NCBI GenBank assembly: GCA_963717465.1
Contig: OY970340.1
Location: forward strand, 736,001-800,000
From: Candidatus Bathyarchaeota archaeon
Lineage (GTDB): Archaea > Thermoproteota > Bathyarchaeia > Bathyarchaeales > Bathycorpusculaceae
DNA length: 64,000 bases
Direction of reading: 5' to 3'
The notes below the pieces were generated by a model. The model ran no database searches. It was not told the origin of the DNA and saw nothing but the letters and a program-made list of their open reading frames with translations. The translations under genes were made by a program, and so were the position numbers. Positions 60,050 through 64,000 of this stretch are shown piece by piece. Numbering within the stretch: position 1 is the first letter of the stretch; the number at the start of each line of letters is the position of its first letter.

Positions 60050-60345
60050 TACATGGCGGATTTTACTCGTATTTCTTAAATTTGCGTTCCCTGTATGTGA
60101 GTGCTCAAGTATATACAAGGTATTCATTGCAGTTTGAGTCACTATATGCATGATTGAATGGGCTACTGTCATCTTGAATGCTCGCAACTCGTATGCGGAT
60201 GTTCAAGCTATATACAAGGTATTTGTCACAGTTTGAGGTGCGCTTTGGGTTCATGGTAGGATGCGTTCACTCCTTCTTAGGTGCTTGCTGCGCGTATGCT
60301 ATTCATGTATATACATAAAATTTGTGGCGTTTTTAAGGTGTCTTG
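60050..60345. repeat. Three degenerate ~100-bp tandem repeats in the hdrA/phoU divergent intergenic region
   Basis: gtatg at 60093/60191/60294, each followed by tca..tatataca..gttt; catg and tctt motifs recur at the same period. Confidence 0.65.
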
Positions 60346-60437
60346 CCTGTTGGTTGAGCTTAGCATATATATTTATCGACATTTATATATAAATAATCTA
60401 AAATAATATGTCAGAGAATACTTGATAGTGAGACAGC

Positions 60438-61454
60438 ATGGAACGAAAAATTATGTCTTTGGGCAAATCGTCCCTCGTTATTTCTCTTCCACATGAATGG
60501 ATGCAGATAAGTGAACTGAAAAAAGGGGACACTGTATCCTTCATAATTCAGAGTGACCGTTCTTTAGTTGTGTACCCAAGCGCCCTAAAAAAGCCTGAAC
60601 AAAAAGAAATAACTCTGAACATTGGTCAAGAAGAAGATGAGATTCTTATCACCCAAAAAATACTCGGTAGTTTTCTTGGTGGGTACTCTGGGATCAGACT
60701 GGTTTCAGCAAAAGTTTTTACCGTTCCTCAAACAAAGGCGATTCGAAGAATTGCCGGGCGACTTTTTCTGAGAGTCATGGAATCAGACTCTAAAGGCGTC
60801 TACTTGCAAAGCCTGACTGACGAATCCAAAGCCTCTCTCGAACAGGCCATTCAAAGAATGCATCTGATTTCGCGTTCTATGTGTGAAGGCGCGATTAGTG
60901 CAGTAAAAAAACGTGATATTGCATTGGCTAAGTCCATTTATTCGCTTGATGACGATGTTGACCATTTCGCTTTTTTCATTCTAAGAATACTGCGTAATGC
61001 AGCTCAAAACCCTATTCTTGCAAACGAATTACACATAGCCCCTTTAGACTGCATGGACTATCAAACACTAGTTTACAGGTTGGAGCACGCCGCTGATTAT
61101 GCTGCTGAAATTGCACGAAGCTTAATAATGATTGATGGTAGCCACCAAAGAATCTCTGATGATCTAACCGACCTCATAGCCGCTACTGGAAACGAAACTA
61201 TTGACCTTTACATTAAAGCCGTTACTGCATTCTTTTCAAAAGATGTCCTTTTCGCCGTTGAAATAATAAAAAGCCAGCAAAGAATGGAGAAATTATACAT
61301 TGAAATAGCTTCGAAGACTTTTTCGACTGAACAGAAAAGCTCTGAGCTTGTCTGTGCTATCTGCACCCTTAGAGATAACATAAGAAGAATTGCTCACTGC
61401 GCATTGAACATAGCTGAAGTTACTATAAACCGTGCTTTCAAAATGAACCCTTAA
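60438..61454 (+). CDS. phoU: AbrB-PhoU archaeal phosphate uptake regulator
   Basis: RKIM.LG.SSLVISLP.EW...L.KGD; DDDVD, LEHAADY..EIA. Confidence 0.88.
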   Translation: MERKIMSLGKSSLVISLPHEWMQISELKKGDTVSFIIQSDRSLVVYPSALKKPEQKEITLNIGQEEDEILITQKILGSFLGGYSGIRLVSAKVFTVPQTKAIRRIAGRLFLRVMESDSKGVYLQSLTDESKASLEQAIQRMHLISRSMCEGAISAVKKRDIALAKSIYSLDDDVDHFAFFILRILRNAAQNPILANELHIAPLDCMDYQTLVYRLEHAADYAAEIARSLIMIDGSHQRISDDLTDLIAATGNETIDLYIKAVTAFFSKDVLFAVEIIKSQQRMEKLYIEIASKTFSTEQKSSELVCAICTLRDNIRRIAHCALNIAEVTINRAFKMNP

Positions 61455-61635
61455 ATGTAACCAGAAAAGCTTCTCACAATCGATAACCGCTACCTTTTCA
61501 CCAATATTTATGGCGCCTTGCATTCAGGAAACCAATCGATGAAGAATTCTGCCTTCTTATTGCTCAAAAGCTTAAATTAAGACGCATCTATCATTTGGAA
61601 ATAATCTTTAAAAACGCGTAGTTCAATTATTTCGT

Positions 61636-62520
61636 ATGGACTACATGGATAGTTCCGAAATTTCTTCATTCCGCACTGAACTGAACGGTTATCTATCCAA
61701 AATTGAAACGGCTATTTCTGAGGAGCTGCATAATTATAGGGATTCCGTGTTTTTCACGCCTTTATCGTATGCTGCACGAGGCGGCGGACGGATAAGACCA
61801 ATTATGCTGGTTCTTGCCCATGAAAGTGTAGGCGGAAAAGGATTATGTCCATTGCCAGCGGCAGTTGCGGTGGAGCTTGCTCACACGGAATCTTTGATAC
61901 ATGATGACATCATTGATAAGGATGACTTAAGAAGGGGATCGGCGGCTTTTCATGCTCTGTACGGATGGGGGTTATCCGCGTTGAGTGCAGATTTTATTTT
62001 ATCCATGATTCTTGATATTGCTGCACGTTATTCAGACGCAAGGGTTACCCGGGCGCTTGCGTTCTGTGCTCGGATGATGTGTGAGGGAGAACTTGAGGAG
62101 CTTGAGGTTCAAGCCAATGAATCTTTAAGCTTGGATAAATTTATCGACATTGTGGAGAAGAAGACTGCTTCTCTTTTTGAGGTTTCAGCAAAGCTTGGAG
62201 CGCTAATTGGCGGTGCTAGCGAAGCAGAGGTTGAAGCTTTATCTGAGTACGGTAAGTTAGTGGGAACCGCTTATCAGATTCAGGATGACATTATAGATTG
62301 GGAGACAAGTACACTGGTGAAGATGGTCCAGCTTCCAAATTCAAGTTTAGAGAAGGCAAGTATTGTTGAGCACCTTGAAAGAATATCTAAGACATGCGTT
62401 CTTGAAGCAAAACAAAGACTTGATAAGCTTGAAGCAAGCAAGGGTAAAGATCTTCTTTACAAGTTGGCTGATTATGTAGCTTTGTCTCATTCGCTTTCGC
62501 CGAATGCAAACGTTAAATAG
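61636..62520 (+). CDS. Polyprenyl diphosphate synthase
   Basis: GG.RIRP, SLIHDDIID.D.LRRG, KTASLF, YQIQDDIID. Confidence 0.9.
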   Translation: MDYMDSSEISSFRTELNGYLSKIETAISEELHNYRDSVFFTPLSYAARGGGRIRPIMLVLAHESVGGKGLCPLPAAVAVELAHTESLIHDDIIDKDDLRRGSAAFHALYGWGLSALSADFILSMILDIAARYSDARVTRALAFCARMMCEGELEELEVQANESLSLDKFIDIVEKKTASLFEVSAKLGALIGGASEAEVEALSEYGKLVGTAYQIQDDIIDWETSTLVKMVQLPNSSLEKASIVEHLERISKTCVLEAKQRLDKLEASKGKDLLYKLADYVALSHSLSPNANVK

Positions 62521-62570
62521 TTATTACACCTAAAAGGGCAAATGTAAAAAAAGTAGCTATAAGGATTGCA

Positions 62571-63474
62571 TTAAAGCATTAGTATGCTACGACTATCCCA
62601 ACGGTCATAAGCGTGGGTGTTAGCAGAACTGTTAGAACGTTGGATTTTAAGGCTGGCACCAATTTTCTCTATATTTTCAGGGTATTTTAGAGTTAGGTTG
62701 ATGGCTTGTGCTGCTAATGGTATGGTTAGCAGAGCGATTAATGTTGTTATAGGAAGAATATGGAGCGCTACTGGAATAATTATGCTAACATAAGTTAAGA
62801 TAGAAAGTGTTGCGTAGATTTTAGCTGCTGTTTTTCGTCCAAAAACTATGGGAATGGTTCGTGCGTTTGCCTGAACGATCAGCTTCAACGTCAGGAAACT
62901 CGTTTAAGAAGAGCAAGTTGCAAACAAGGATTCCTGGTGCAATGCAGGCTGCAATCGCTGGTATTGTGTATGTTCCGGCTGTTTGGGTTAGGTATGTGCC
63001 TAAAACTACTAGGGAGCCAAGGTTTAGTCCAGCTGCGAATTCTCCGATCGTCCATTTAGCGAAATGTGTTGTGTAAAAATAGATTGAGACGGCTGCGATG
63101 ATGACTAAGGGAATCAGTGCAAGTGGATAAACGAGTACAAAGTAGACTCCGATTATGAGAGCAAGGATTAAAGTAGCAACTCCGAACTTGTAAACGCTTT
63201 TTGGATTTAGGGCTTTGGCTGGAAGGATACCGCTTCCGCCGCTGAAAGGAGTTTTAGGGGTGCGCAGATCTATGCCTGACTTAAAGTCAAAGTAATCGTT
63301 TATGACATTAACGCTAATGTGGCCTAAGACTACGCCTACAAGAGCTAAAGCGAGGTATAGTATGTTGAACGTATAACCGTTATAAGCGGCTAAGGCAGCA
63401 CCTACAGAGACAACAATTGGATCTAGGATTAAGAATTGTGGCCTTGTCTCCTTAAACCAAGTTTTCAAGTTCAT
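62571..63474 (-). CDS. menA: MenA/UbiA-family prenyltransferase, frameshifted near 62865
   Basis: W..ETRPQFL, NVINDYFDFKSGID, GGSG, NEFPDVEAD, RTIPI.FG. Confidence 0.82.
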
Positions 63475-63646
63475 ATGAAACCCACGATTTAATTAAGTAT
63501 CTTTAAATAATTCGGTTCTGAATAAAAATGTTACGTACTCATGTATTTGATTACAGCAATCGGGTGAGCGGATGGATAAGAAAGTTTGGACATGTAAAAA
63601 AGTCGTCTTCTGTCTAAAGATGGTGTCTCGGCTTCGAGCCAATCTG

Positions 63647-64000
63647 ATGTCAGAACCGCGGATTGGAGTTTACATTTGTCATTGTGGAGGAAACATTAGC
63701 AACACAGTGGATGTTGCGAAAGTAAAAGAAAATGTAGCTAAACTGAAAGGGGTTGTGGCTGCTGAGACGTATGAGTATGTTTGTAGTGACCCAGGACAGG
63801 ATATGATTACTAAAGGCATAAAAGAGCTGGGACTTAACCGAATAGTAGTGGCTTCATGTTCTCCACGTATGCACCTTGACACTTTCAGGAAAAATTTAAC
63901 ATCAGCTGGATTGAACCCGTATTTTCTAGAAATGGCAAATATCCGTGAGCAATGCAGTTGGATTCATGATGACAAAGATATTGCCACAGCAAAAGCCATT
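63647..64000 (+). CDS. hdrA: HdrA N-terminus (runs off window end)
   Basis: MSEPRIGVYICHCGGNI, VCSDPGQ, VVASCSPRMH, ANIREQCSWIH. Confidence 0.9.
   Translation, partial: MSEPRIGVYICHCGGNISNTVDVAKVKENVAKLKGVVAAETYEYVCSDPGQDMITKGIKELGLNRIVVASCSPRMHLDTFRKNLTSAGLNPYFLEMANIREQCSWIHDDKDIATAKAI

Noticed and set aside
60050..60345. CRISPR array
   Set aside because: Units are long and degenerate, have no unique spacers, and no cas genes are present.

Overview
Archaeal chromosomal segment, most consistent with a TACK archaeon such as Bathyarchaeia (eL14, eL38, archaeal DnaG, Cbf5, thermosome, HdrA paralogues, corrinoid methyltransferases). About 15 genes carry single-base frameshifts, mostly in or near homopolymers, which suggests an unpolished long-read assembly. 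Main blocks: (1) a LipS1/LipS2-type lipoate assembly locus with an LbpA-like GcvH, OsmC, an Lpl-DUF116-like fusion and a GGR/LipT-like flavoprotein; (2) a corrinoid methyl-transfer island (MtaA-like, highly divergent non-pyrrolysine MttB-like, two corrinoid proteins, MtrH/MtgA-like, RamA-like) with two paralogous SCP2-like proteins; (3) DNA-damage genes; (4) an intron-containing tRNA-Ser and a glycan-modification operon; (5) housekeeping genes, including cbf5 with a 23-nt bulge-helix-bulge intron in the catalytic Asp codon and dnaG with an apparent ACG start; (6) tRNA-Val and an S-component plus divergent TrpD-like pair; (7) menG-like, menA-like and polyprenyl synthase genes interleaved with hdrA paralogues, one internally duplicated. 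Family calls come from recognising motifs by eye; no database searches were run.
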